Source of the DNA: an uncultured Amylibacter sp.
GTDB taxonomy: Bacteria; Pseudomonadota; Alphaproteobacteria; Rhodobacterales; Rhodobacteraceae
Assembly: GCA_964195605.1 (NCBI GenBank)
Contig: CAXMSA010000002.1
Span: 608-64,607 of the forward strand
Direction of reading: 5' to 3'
Length of the DNA stretch: 64,000 nt
Both the position numbers and the translations under genes were made by a program. Positions 9,255 through 18,233 of the stretch are shown here, piece by piece. Under the pieces are notes generated by a model. That model had not been told where the DNA came from. It saw nothing but the letters and a program-made list of their open reading frames with translations, and searched no databases. The stretch's first letter is position 1. The number at the start of each line of letters is the position of its first letter.

Positions 9255-10802
9255 ATGCCGCATATGTCTGATAACCTTAAAATTCTTTTTGTTATAACTG
9301 ATCAGTTTCGGGCTGATTGTATTGAAGGTGCTTTGGCAGATCATGTGGATCTGCCTAACATTCAGGCGTTCCGCAAAGAGGCGGTGACATTCGTCAAACA
9401 TTACTCTGTCACCAACCCATGCGGACCATCGCGGGCCAGTATTCTAACGGGTAAATATGCGATGAACCATCGGTCTATCCGCAATGGTACACCATTATCC
9501 AATGACATAACAAATATTGCGCTTGAGGCCCGTAAATCGGGTTATGACCCGATGTTATACGGCTATACCGATACCAGTTTTGATCCGCGCACGCATCACC
9601 CGAACGACCCTGATCTGACAAGCGAGGAAAATGTTTTGCCGGGGTTCAGGGAAGTGCTGGAAATGCGGTCTAAACAAAGCTACCCTTGGCGGGCGTATCT
9701 GAAATCCAAAGGTTATGATCTGCCAGATTACGCGCATTTTTATGATGCCATATCCCCTGATCCAATTAGGGCACCGCGGCCGGATGATCCGCCATTTTAT
9801 AAGGCTGAGGATAGTGACACTGCATTCCTGACCAACTCACTTCTTCATGACCTGTCTGTACGTATGGATCAAAACTGGTTTGCGCTTGCTACTTATATCC
9901 GCCCGCATCCCCCGCTGGTGGCCCCTGAGCCTTACAATAAGATGTATGACCCAAGCACATTACCCAAGCCCGCGCGCATGTCCACACAGGCAGAGCAGGC
10001 GGCATCGCATCCTTATATGGCAGGGGCTGTGCAACACCCGACGGTTAACACCGTTGTGTGCGGCCTTGATCCGCTGGATAATGAAAACGATAATGATGTG
10101 CAGCAGCTGCGTGCGATTTATCTGGGCTTGGCAACGGAGGTGGATAGTCATTTTGGCCGGATCATCAATTTCCTAAAAGAAACTGACCAGTATGATGATA
10201 CTCTGGTTGTCTTTGTTGCTGACCACGGTGAAATGCTGGGTGAGCATCACTTGTGGGGTAAACAAAACCCTTATGAAGCGGCTTACCATATTCCATTGAT
10301 TATCCGTGATCCAAAAAATACGGCACAACATGGCACCACAGTTCAGACTTTTACCGAGTCTATTGACGTGACCCCCACAGTTTTGGATTTGATCGGGCAT
10401 CAAGTACCTGCAGGTATGGACGGTGTTTCTTTACGCCCCTTCCTAGAAGGTAAAACCCCTGCGAAGTGGCGAGATTCTGTTCATCTGGAACTTGATTACA
10501 GTGAGCCGGATGAGGTGACTATTTGGCAGCAGGCCGCCGGGGTCTCAACCCATGAAGCAAATCTGGCAATCCTGCGTGAAGAGCAATTTAAATTGATACA
10601 TTTCAATGGCGACCTGCCGCCAATGTTATTTGATCTGCAAGCTGATCCGCATGAATTACATGATCTGGCGGCAGACCCTACCCATGCACCCACATTGCTA
10701 CGCTTGACCCGAAAACTACTAAGCCACCGCATGAAATATGCGGACAGGACTTTAGCGGATGTCAGAATTACGCCTAACGGGGTTGTGGGTTATACTCCCT
10801 AA
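9255..10802 (+). CDS. Sulfatase-superfamily hydrolase, phosphonate monoester hydrolase/phosphodiesterase-like
   Basis: DQFRAD metal motif, formylglycine motif CGPSRASILTG, YIRPHPP, ADHGEMLGEH. No signal peptide. Start may be ATG 9264. Confidence 0.85.
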   Translation: MPHMSDNLKILFVITDQFRADCIEGALADHVDLPNIQAFRKEAVTFVKHYSVTNPCGPSRASILTGKYAMNHRSIRNGTPLSNDITNIALEARKSGYDPMLYGYTDTSFDPRTHHPNDPDLTSEENVLPGFREVLEMRSKQSYPWRAYLKSKGYDLPDYAHFYDAISPDPIRAPRPDDPPFYKAEDSDTAFLTNSLLHDLSVRMDQNWFALATYIRPHPPLVAPEPYNKMYDPSTLPKPARMSTQAEQAASHPYMAGAVQHPTVNTVVCGLDPLDNENDNDVQQLRAIYLGLATEVDSHFGRIINFLKETDQYDDTLVVFVADHGEMLGEHHLWGKQNPYEAAYHIPLIIRDPKNTAQHGTTVQTFTESIDVTPTVLDLIGHQVPAGMDGVSLRPFLEGKTPAKWRDSVHLELDYSEPDEVTIWQQAAGVSTHEANLAILREEQFKLIHFNGDLPPMLFDLQADPHELHDLAADPTHAPTLLRLTRKLLSHRMKYADRTLADVRITPNGVVGYTP

Positions 10803-10982
10803 TCAGTTCCGGCTGCTTTGACTGCGATAGATAAGGTCGGAAATGCCGCCACGGTTTAACCCGATATCATTCAGTTCTTTATCAGTTAAATGATTCAGGT
10901 GTTTTATCGTGTCACGATGGGCAGTCCAATCTAGGACGTACCTTAAAAACCTGAAAATAGAAGTTTCCTTTAACCATTTCAT
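10803..10982 (-). CDS. DUF1127 (YjiS-like) small protein, 59 aa; not in the ORF track
   Basis: Manual translation MKWLKETSIFRFLRYVLDWTAHRDTIKHLNHLTDKELNDIGLNRGGISDLIYRSQSSRN. L..L.D..L.DIGL.R..I signature, GGAG RBS, 16 bp after the ABC ATPase stop. Confidence 0.85.
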   Translation of the reverse strand: MKWLKETSIFRFLRYVLDWTAHRDTIKHLNHLTDKELNDIGLNRGGISDLIYRSQSSRN

Positions 10983-10998
10983 GTGCTTGTCTCCAAAT

Positions 10999-12000
10999 CT
11001 AAGGTGTCATCAACTCTTCCCAGCGATGGCAAGCAACTTCATGCCCGTGACTGGAATGTTGCAATATCGGTTCTACCTCACGGCAGTGATCCGTTACATA
11101 CGGACAACGTGTGTGGAACTTACAGCCCGATGGTTGGTTGGTGGGTGACGGAATTTCGCCTTCCAGCTTTTGCGCTTTACCTCGATCATCCGGGTCAAGT
11201 GACGGGATCGCGGATAGCAGTGCCTTGGTATAGGGGTGCCGTGGATTTGCAAACAACTCGCGCGTTGGCGCGGTTTCCACCAGACGGCCCAGATACATCA
11301 CGGCCACGTGGTCACAGATATGCGCCACCACACTTAAATCGTGACTGATAAACAGGAACGTCAGCCCCATTTCCTGTTGAATTTCTTTCAATAGGTTCAG
11401 AACATCAGCCTGAATAGACACATCCAACGCGGCCACACTTTCATCGGCCACAACGAAATTCGGATTAGATACCAGCGCACGCGCAATGGAAATCCGCTGC
11501 CGTTGACCACCCGAAAATGCGTGTGGGAAGCGGCGCAAGTGCTCTAGGTTCAAGCGGCATTTCGCAGCTATTTCACGCACCCATTTATCGGTTTCTTCGC
11601 GTGATGATGTCAGGCCCATCACCTCTACTGGCTCGGCAATAATATCGCGCACGGTCATGCGCGGGCTTAGTGCCGCGTAAGGGTCTTGAAAGATCAGCTG
11701 TGCGCGTTTGCGGTATTCATTCAGCTCGCTTGGTGAAAGGCTTGTCAGGTCAAAACTTGCTTCGCCGTCATTATAAGCAACTGTCCCACGTGAGATCGGG
11801 GCGGCTTGTAACAAAGCTTTGCCCAGCGTGGTCTTGCCAGAGCCACTTTCACCTACAAGGCCGAAAAAACTGCCCTTGGCAATGTCCAGATTGACATTTT
11901 CAACTGCTTTGACCACAGGTTTCGGGCCAAACAGGCTCTTGCCGCGCAATGGGTAATGAACTGAAAGATCACGGGCTTCTATTAGTACGTCATCACTCAT
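10999..12000 (-). CDS. Oligopeptide/dipeptide-family ABC transporter ATP-binding subunit (OppF/DppF-like)
   Basis: GESGSGKT, FSGGQRQR, ADESVAALD, C-terminal oligo_HPY domain. Confidence 0.93.
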   Translation of the reverse strand: MSDDVLIEARDLSVHYPLRGKSLFGPKPVVKAVENVNLDIAKGSFFGLVGESGSGKTTLGKALLQAAPISRGTVAYNDGEASFDLTSLSPSELNEYRKRAQLIFQDPYAALSPRMTVRDIIAEPVEVMGLTSSREETDKWVREIAAKCRLNLEHLRRFPHAFSGGQRQRISIARALVSNPNFVVADESVAALDVSIQADVLNLLKEIQQEMGLTFLFISHDLSVVAHICDHVAVMYLGRLVETAPTRELFANPRHPYTKALLSAIPSLDPDDRGKAQKLEGEIPSPTNQPSGCKFHTRCPYVTDHCREVEPILQHSSHGHEVACHRWEELMTP

Positions 12001-12995
12001 TTTGAAGCTCCCTCATCGTAAATATGGCACGCAACATTATGCCCTTTTGTGACCTCACTGAAACCTGGTATCTTGGTAGAGCAAACATCGCCCACTACCG
12101 AAGAACACCGTGTGCTGAACACACAGCCAGGTGGCCGTTCCAGTGGTGATGGAATATCGCCCGGGATAGCGGTTAGTGGATTGTCCAAATCATCAAGGCT
12201 TGGCAGTGCTGCAATCAGGCCCTTGGTATAAGGGTGTGATGGATTACGAATTACTTCGCGCACAAGACCTTGTTCCACAAGGCGGCCCAAATACATCACG
12301 GCCACTTTATCAGCGGTTTGGGCTATCACACCCAGATCGTGCGTAATGAAAACAATCCCCATGCCAAATTCAGTGACAAGATCTTTCATCAAATCTATCA
12401 CCTGTGCTTGAATGGTCACATCCAGTGCTGTTGTAGGCTCATCCGCGATCAGCAATTTAGGCTTGGTTGAAAGAGCCATCGCGATCATCGCACGCTGGCG
12501 CATCCCGCCTGACAACTCGAACGCATATTGCCTGAAGCGCTCGCTCGCGTCGGAAATCCCCACGCGGTCCAGCATTTCAATGGAAACTTCTTGCGCGCGC
12601 TTTGCATTCATATCCGTATGGATCTGCAACTGTTCGACCATCTGATCCCCGATGGTGATCGCGGGTGCGAAACTGGCCATTGGTTCTTGGAAGATCATTG
12701 AAATAGCCCCGCCACGGATCACTTTCAGATCAGTGGAGGTTTGCAATGACATCACGTCAATCGGCCCGTCTTCCAGATGCAAAGTGACTTTGGTGTCGTC
12801 ACTATAGATCGCGTTTGATGGGTTCAGTTTCATCAAAGATTTAGCAGTAACCGATTTTCCCGATCCACTTTCGCCCACAAGGCCCATGACCTCGCCTGCT
12901 TCCAGTGTGAAAGAAACATTGTCTACTGCGGTGATCCGACCCTCATCCGTATCGAATTGAAGGGTCAGGTTTTCTACATCTAAAAGTCGTGTCAT
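11997..12995 (-). CDS. Oligopeptide/dipeptide-family ABC transporter ATP-binding subunit (OppD/DppD-like)
   Basis: GESGSGKS, LSGGMRQR, ADEPTTALD, HPYT. Confidence 0.93.
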   Translation of the reverse strand: MTRLLDVENLTLQFDTDEGRITAVDNVSFTLEAGEVMGLVGESGSGKSVTAKSLMKLNPSNAIYSDDTKVTLHLEDGPIDVMSLQTSTDLKVIRGGAISMIFQEPMASFAPAITIGDQMVEQLQIHTDMNAKRAQEVSIEMLDRVGISDASERFRQYAFELSGGMRQRAMIAMALSTKPKLLIADEPTTALDVTIQAQVIDLMKDLVTEFGMGIVFITHDLGVIAQTADKVAVMYLGRLVEQGLVREVIRNPSHPYTKGLIAALPSLDDLDNPLTAIPGDIPSPLERPPGCVFSTRCSSVVGDVCSTKIPGFSEVTKGHNVACHIYDEGASK

Positions 12996-14140
12996 TTGCT
13001 GCTATCCGAATAGGGGTCGGCAGCATCGCGTAATCCGTCACCGACGAACACAAAGGCCAACACAAGTATAATAAAGAAGATCACTGGTATGAAGTACCAC
13101 TGATAGTTAAGTAGAACATCGGCACTTGTGACATTTTGCAACATCACCCCAAGTGAATTCACAGGGTCCTTCAGGCCCAACCCGATAAAGCTAAGGGCGG
13201 TTTCTGACAGAATCATATAGGGAAAAGAAATCACCAAATCGACGATGATATAGCTGGTAAAGCTAGGCAATAAGTGGCGTCGAATGATATGCGCAGGCGT
13301 TGCACCACATAGTTGAGCTGCCAGCACATATTCCTGATTTCGTTCCGTTAACAAGTGCGTTCGTATTCGTCGGGCAAGGGTAGGCCAACCAATCAGTCCT
13401 AATACCATCGAGATGAAAAAGAACCTCGCCTCCGCGCTCCATGTGTCTGGTATAAAGGCGGCCAAGGCCATGAACAGTGGAATACTGGGGATGGTGCGTA
13501 CCGTATCAGTTATCATTTGCAAGCCAGAGTCGATCCAGCCACCGTAATAACCTGCAATCCCCCCTATCGCCAATGCCAGAAGGAAAGCAATAACCACCCC
13601 GATGGTTCCCACCGCCATTGATGTATTGATCGCGGTCAGGGTTCGGGAATAAATATCCTTACCTGTCGAGTCTGTGCCAAAAATATGGATCATGCCTTTG
13701 TCGACACCAAATAAATGGGTCTCAAAATTCACGCCCAGAAACGTATATGGCACACCTTTGCTGAAAAACTCAACATAGCGACGCGCTTCAAGGCTGGTGT
13801 CGGTTTTCGTCACCCAGCGAAAGTTGGTTAGTGCCGAACGGGTACGTTCTGACGTATAAACAAACGGGCGTAGCGAACAACCGCTGTCATCGCAAAAAGA
13901 CGGGATTTGTGGTGCGCCGTTCATATATTCCTTATCCCGCCCCGCAATGGTGGCGTCATATGGCGTCAGGAATGGTGCGAATATACCTGAAAGGATCAGA
14001 AAAATCAGAACCCATGCCCCAGCAAGGGCGGATTTGTTTTTCTTGAACCGCTGCCAGATTAACTGGCTTTGCGAGGCAGTGAAATAGGCCTCTTTCAGCT
14101 TTTGGTCGGCAGCGGCATCTATGTTTGTTGTATCGGTCAT
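12992..14140 (-). CDS. Oligopeptide-family ABC transporter permease (OppC-like)
   Basis: GTDSTGKDIYSR, EAA-like loop EYVLAAQLCGA..IIRRHLLP. Confidence 0.9.
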   Translation of the reverse strand: MTDTTNIDAAADQKLKEAYFTASQSQLIWQRFKKNKSALAGAWVLIFLILSGIFAPFLTPYDATIAGRDKEYMNGAPQIPSFCDDSGCSLRPFVYTSERTRSALTNFRWVTKTDTSLEARRYVEFFSKGVPYTFLGVNFETHLFGVDKGMIHIFGTDSTGKDIYSRTLTAINTSMAVGTIGVVIAFLLALAIGGIAGYYGGWIDSGLQMITDTVRTIPSIPLFMALAAFIPDTWSAEARFFFISMVLGLIGWPTLARRIRTHLLTERNQEYVLAAQLCGATPAHIIRRHLLPSFTSYIIVDLVISFPYMILSETALSFIGLGLKDPVNSLGVMLQNVTSADVLLNYQWYFIPVIFFIILVLAFVFVGDGLRDAADPYSDSSK

Positions 14141-14145
14141 ATCTC

Positions 14146-15150
14146 TTATCCTACAATGCTGCGACGAACGCGTGGATCGGTAAGGGCGAGGATGATGTCA
14201 GTAATAAAGTTAATGCTGACAATACTTGCGGTCAGCAAGAAAATGATCGCCCCCGCTAACTGCTGATCGTTTGATCGCGCCAAGGCTTCGATCAACAATG
14301 AACCGGCTTCGGTCAATGTCAGGATCAGGGCCACGATAGGCAACTCGTTGAAGATACGGTTCAAATCGAACCCTAGTGAGTTGATGATCGGGCTTAGTGC
14401 GTGGCGTGCAGGATAGCGCATCAACAATCTGCGGCCTGACACACCGCGTGCAGCGGCGGCAGTCACATAGAGCTTGCCAATTTCATCAGACATCAAGGCA
14501 CGTACTGTTTGGATGGCAAACGCGGTCGCAGACCAGCCCAGAATAAAGATCGGCAACCAGACGTGGCCAAGGAAATCCATTACCCGGTCATACGACCATG
14601 CCGCATCCCGGAACTCTTTTGAAAACAATCCCGTCAGACTGTCTCCGAACATCACGGTGGAGAACAGCATGATCATCAGGGCCAGCAGGAAGTTTGGCAG
14701 GGCCAGACCTAGGTAGCTGACCAGACGCAGGCTGTTGTTCAAAACAGCATTTTTTGAAGTTGCAGCCAGAATGCCAACAGGAATGGCAATTGCGTAGGCA
14801 AGAAGCAGGGCAGATAAGCAAAGCCCCAAGCTTAACCAGAATTTCTCACCCAGAAGCTGGTTGATATTCAAACGCAGGATACAGCTGTCACCGTATTCGC
14901 CTTGGAAGGCATTGATGATCCAGCCACCCCAGCGTTGAATGTAAGGTTGGTCAAGGCCAAGCCGGACACGTTCTGCCTGTATATCAGCAGGAGAGATCAC
15001 AGCCCCTTGAGAGTTCTTAAAGGCTAGGTACCGCTCGGCGCAATCGCCGGGTACCAATTCCATCAAGGAAAAAACAATGAATGAGACAAGTACAAGCGTG
15101 AAGATTGCCAACACCGCCCGAACCACAACAAATTTGGAAAATTCTAACAT
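14146..15150 (-). CDS. Oligopeptide-family ABC transporter permease (OppB-like)
   Basis: ELVPGD..RLGLDQP..YVTAAAARGVS; hydrophobic profile and operon position. Confidence 0.9.
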   Translation of the reverse strand: MLEFSKFVVVRAVLAIFTLVLVSFIVFSLMELVPGDCAERYLAFKNSQGAVISPADIQAERVRLGLDQPYIQRWGGWIINAFQGEYGDSCILRLNINQLLGEKFWLSLGLCLSALLLAYAIAIPVGILAATSKNAVLNNSLRLVSYLGLALPNFLLALMIMLFSTVMFGDSLTGLFSKEFRDAAWSYDRVMDFLGHVWLPIFILGWSATAFAIQTVRALMSDEIGKLYVTAAAARGVSGRRLLMRYPARHALSPIINSLGFDLNRIFNELPIVALILTLTEAGSLLIEALARSNDQQLAGAIIFLLTASIVSINFITDIILALTDPRVRRSIVG

Positions 15151-15202
15151 TGCTACGTTAATCCCCCCTGGAATTTAGATGGCTATTTTTTTGATTTTGT
15201 AA

Positions 15203-15228
15203 CCTTGGGCAATCGAAATTGCCCAAGG
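15203..15228. terminator. Perfect 11-bp hairpin between the binding-protein and permease genes (mRNA stabiliser or partial terminator)
   Basis: CCTTGGGCAAT-CGAA-ATTGCCCAAGG; the loop reads UUCG on the transcribed minus strand. Confidence 0.65.
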
Positions 15229-15255
15229 CTTTTAGGTCAGAGACTTAAAGACAGA

Positions 15256-17298
15256 TTATTCGTCTAGGTACCACTGTGTCGGGCGGTAAGGATATGCCCG
15301 GTAGTAAGCATAAGACTGCGTCTTGAACTCGGTGAAGTTCTTCAGTGCATTGTTGTGATAGATCGGTGCAACTGCTTTCACAGTACCGATAAACAGCAGG
15401 CTTTTGGCCATGGTCTCTACCAGACGTGCACCAATTGTATTTGATTCATCAGAACCAGCTACAGCACCTTGGAATGCATCAATGTCTGCCATCATATCAT
15501 AGACATACTGTGGTGGTTTCACACCAGACGCACCATTTTGGTCAAGATATTCAGCCCAAAGTATACCGTTCCGCACGTTGAAGTAGTTATCAAACGGTGG
15601 TTGGAACACTTCGGCGTTGCCTAGGATAACAGCCAATGGTTGACCTTTAGCATACATCATCACATCAAGTTTGTTAGAAGACTGTGCTGAACGAAATTCA
15701 TCCGTTGTCACTTCTTTAACTGTATTATTGATGCCAACGTCTTTCCAGTTTTGGCCAACAAGTTCGACCAGTTTCACTGAAATACCTTGTGTCGCAACCT
15801 GAAGGTTCAGCACCAGTGTTTCGCCATTTGGCAACTCACGCATACCGTCGCCATCTGTGTCAACCATACCGATCTCATCAAGCAATGCATTGGCTTTTCC
15901 AGCATCGAACTGAGTCATATAGTTGTCCATCTCTTCGCTTACAAACGAAGGCGATGGTGAGAAAGCAACATACTGCGCTGGTTTACCCAGACCGAAATAA
16001 ACAACTTCGTTCATTTCGTCACGGTTCATCGCAACAGACATCGCCTGACGGAACCGTACATCACCGAACACTTTACGCTTCTCAAGGTTCTCGGAATTTA
16101 CGTTAAACGCGAAAACACCAAATGCAACTTCAGGCTTCAGATCAACGCTAAAGTTACCTTTTTCCTGATTTTCCATCAACAATGGCGCATAATCTAGGTT
16201 CAGTGACTGTGCCTTATAATCAACTTCTGCGTTGACCAATTTCAGCAACCGCACTTCACTTTCACCAACAAACAACTCGTCTTGCTCATTGATATATGGC
16301 AATTGGTTACCCGCAGTATCAACCTGGAAGAAATACGGGTTAGCAACCAGATGACGGCCTTCCGTGCTTTCAGCGATGATGATGTGGCTTTCCAATGTTG
16401 GCACCGTATCAGCAGGCATAGCCGCTAGTTTGTCAGAATTAGTCAACATCGGTGTCGGCGTGTCCATCCAGTCAGAGCTGCCATAGTAAGCTGCAACCGC
16501 TGCATAACCGTTTTCAAATCCCATAGCTTGTGCATTTGCATCTGCATCTGCATCTACAGACGGGTGATATTTACCCAGGAAGTGCATTGGCTGGAAACCT
16601 TGCGCATAGTGGTTGGCAAAGTGTGACAACAGGCCCGGTTTTGGTGACGGCAGGTTGAACTGGATAGTTTGCTCATCAACAACCACAAGGTTCATTTTTT
16701 CGCCAGCAACCAAAACATAATCTTTTGGCTTTTCACGCACATTGCTATCAACCGCTAGATTGTCATACCAGAACTTAACGTCACGGGCACCAAATGGCGC
16801 GCCATCTGACCATTTGTGGCCTTTACGCAGATTGAAAGTCAGCTGTGTGAAATCAGCGTTCCATGCCCAGCTTTTAGCAACGTTTGGCACGATGGTTGTC
16901 AGATCGTCTGAATAACGCACCAAGTTCACGTGACGTACAGACATAAAGTCTGATGTACCGGACTCTGTTGCATTTGAAAGCGCATCAAATGTGCCGCCGT
17001 ATTTACCAACAGAAGCGTAAGGTGTCATAATCAATGGCTCTGCCGGAATACGGTCTGCAAGACCAGGCAGCGGGCCATTACCGCGAATGCGTGCATTCAG
17101 CGCTTCAGACGCAGGGTTTGCGGCAAATTCCATAGTACAGTTGCCCAGAGATTGATATTCGGCAAGTTCAAATACTTGTGGAAAAGCACCGCTCGCGATG
17201 CCTGCCATGTCGGAGACTGTCGCTGCAGGGCATGTGCCGGCAAGGGCAGCTCCCGTCAGCGTCAGCCATGCGACACCTGATAAGGTTAGTGTTTTCAT
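15256..17298 (-). CDS. Family-5 ABC transporter substrate-binding protein
   Basis: Signal peptide, PNVAKSWAWNADFTQLTFNLRKGHKWSDGAPF, GNQLPYI, D.RFRQAMSVA.NR; 680 aa. Confidence 0.92.
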   Translation of the reverse strand: MKTLTLSGVAWLTLTGAALAGTCPAATVSDMAGIASGAFPQVFELAEYQSLGNCTMEFAANPASEALNARIRGNGPLPGLADRIPAEPLIMTPYASVGKYGGTFDALSNATESGTSDFMSVRHVNLVRYSDDLTTIVPNVAKSWAWNADFTQLTFNLRKGHKWSDGAPFGARDVKFWYDNLAVDSNVREKPKDYVLVAGEKMNLVVVDEQTIQFNLPSPKPGLLSHFANHYAQGFQPMHFLGKYHPSVDADADANAQAMGFENGYAAVAAYYGSSDWMDTPTPMLTNSDKLAAMPADTVPTLESHIIIAESTEGRHLVANPYFFQVDTAGNQLPYINEQDELFVGESEVRLLKLVNAEVDYKAQSLNLDYAPLLMENQEKGNFSVDLKPEVAFGVFAFNVNSENLEKRKVFGDVRFRQAMSVAMNRDEMNEVVYFGLGKPAQYVAFSPSPSFVSEEMDNYMTQFDAGKANALLDEIGMVDTDGDGMRELPNGETLVLNLQVATQGISVKLVELVGQNWKDVGINNTVKEVTTDEFRSAQSSNKLDVMMYAKGQPLAVILGNAEVFQPPFDNYFNVRNGILWAEYLDQNGASGVKPPQYVYDMMADIDAFQGAVAGSDESNTIGARLVETMAKSLLFIGTVKAVAPIYHNNALKNFTEFKTQSYAYYRAYPYRPTQWYLDE

Positions 17299-17397
17299 TA
17301 TATATTCTCCCAGTTGTTATTCCATTGTTTTTTTAAGTCAGACTAAAACGCAGCCTGCTTGCTATGAGATCGATAGCATCCTTTTCCTGATGGAATC

Positions 17398-17442
17398 AGT
17401 TTATACAAACTACATTACAGTTTTGTAACAGTTTTGTAATAT
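17398..17442 (-). promoter_or_regulatory. PhoB-type promoter: Pho box plus -10 element
   Basis: The minus strand reads ATATTAC-AAAA-CTGTTAC-AAAA-CTGTAAT (11-bp period), then 10 bp, then TAAACT; it points at the binding-protein gene. Confidence 0.75.
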
Positions 17443-18165
17443 TAGATATTCTCTCCCTCTTACAAGCGTCGCAATCAAATGCGCACGACCGATTGAAGAA
17501 GATTGGACAAGAGTCACTGAACTGTCAATAAATTTTCAGGATTTCACAGTAAATTCATACATTTTCGAGTTGTCTTAATTTTGTTAAATCTTATCGCTGT
17601 CTGTACTACCTATCCCCCGTTGGCACGACCTGACCATGTTACATTGGTGGCATTGTAGTAAAATCAACCGCTTTGATTGGGCGTCTAACAGCACGGACAT
17701 CTGCGCTATTTCACACGATAACAAGCGTTTTATGCCAAGTTTCAAAGATTTTACGCCGGTAAAGCCCTGTGATGCCGATTGCTATAAGGCGACTAAACGA
17801 TTTGGTTACCATTGATTTTCCGGGCGGAATGCCCATCACGGGAATATGCATCACCATCAATATTGCATCTATCTCCTGACCTAATGCCACCCTTAAATTG
17901 CATATTTCCAAGTCTATGCAAAAATCTTTTAAAACTCCTAGGTCTGTAGAAATATCTTTTAAAATGTGCCGTTTGGCCTGCACCTTGATCAACCCTTCAT
18001 CCGATTCGCCAAATCGAAATGATCCTGATTGATTATTGTCACCACATAAGCTGCTTATTTAAAGCAATCGACGGTCACCCTTTCGGCTGTCTTGTTTTCA
18101 GAGTTTATGCGTCATCAGAGCAGAATGATTCTGATCTTTTACTTTTATTAAATTAGTTAATCCAC

Positions 18166-18196
18166 TTGACCTTCCAGTTACTGGAGCCATTATTTA
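18166..18196 (+). promoter_or_regulatory. CueR/MerR-type promoter of copA
   Basis: TTGACC-19 bp-TATTTA with dyad TCCAGT-T-ACTGGA in the spacer, closely resembling the E. coli copA promoter. Confidence 0.8.
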
Positions 18197-18233
18197 TACC
18201 CATAAAGCCAAAACCACCAATCGGATAAAGATA

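Noticed and set aside
17621-17635. Sigma54-like TGGCACG
   Set aside because: No TTGC at the -12 position.
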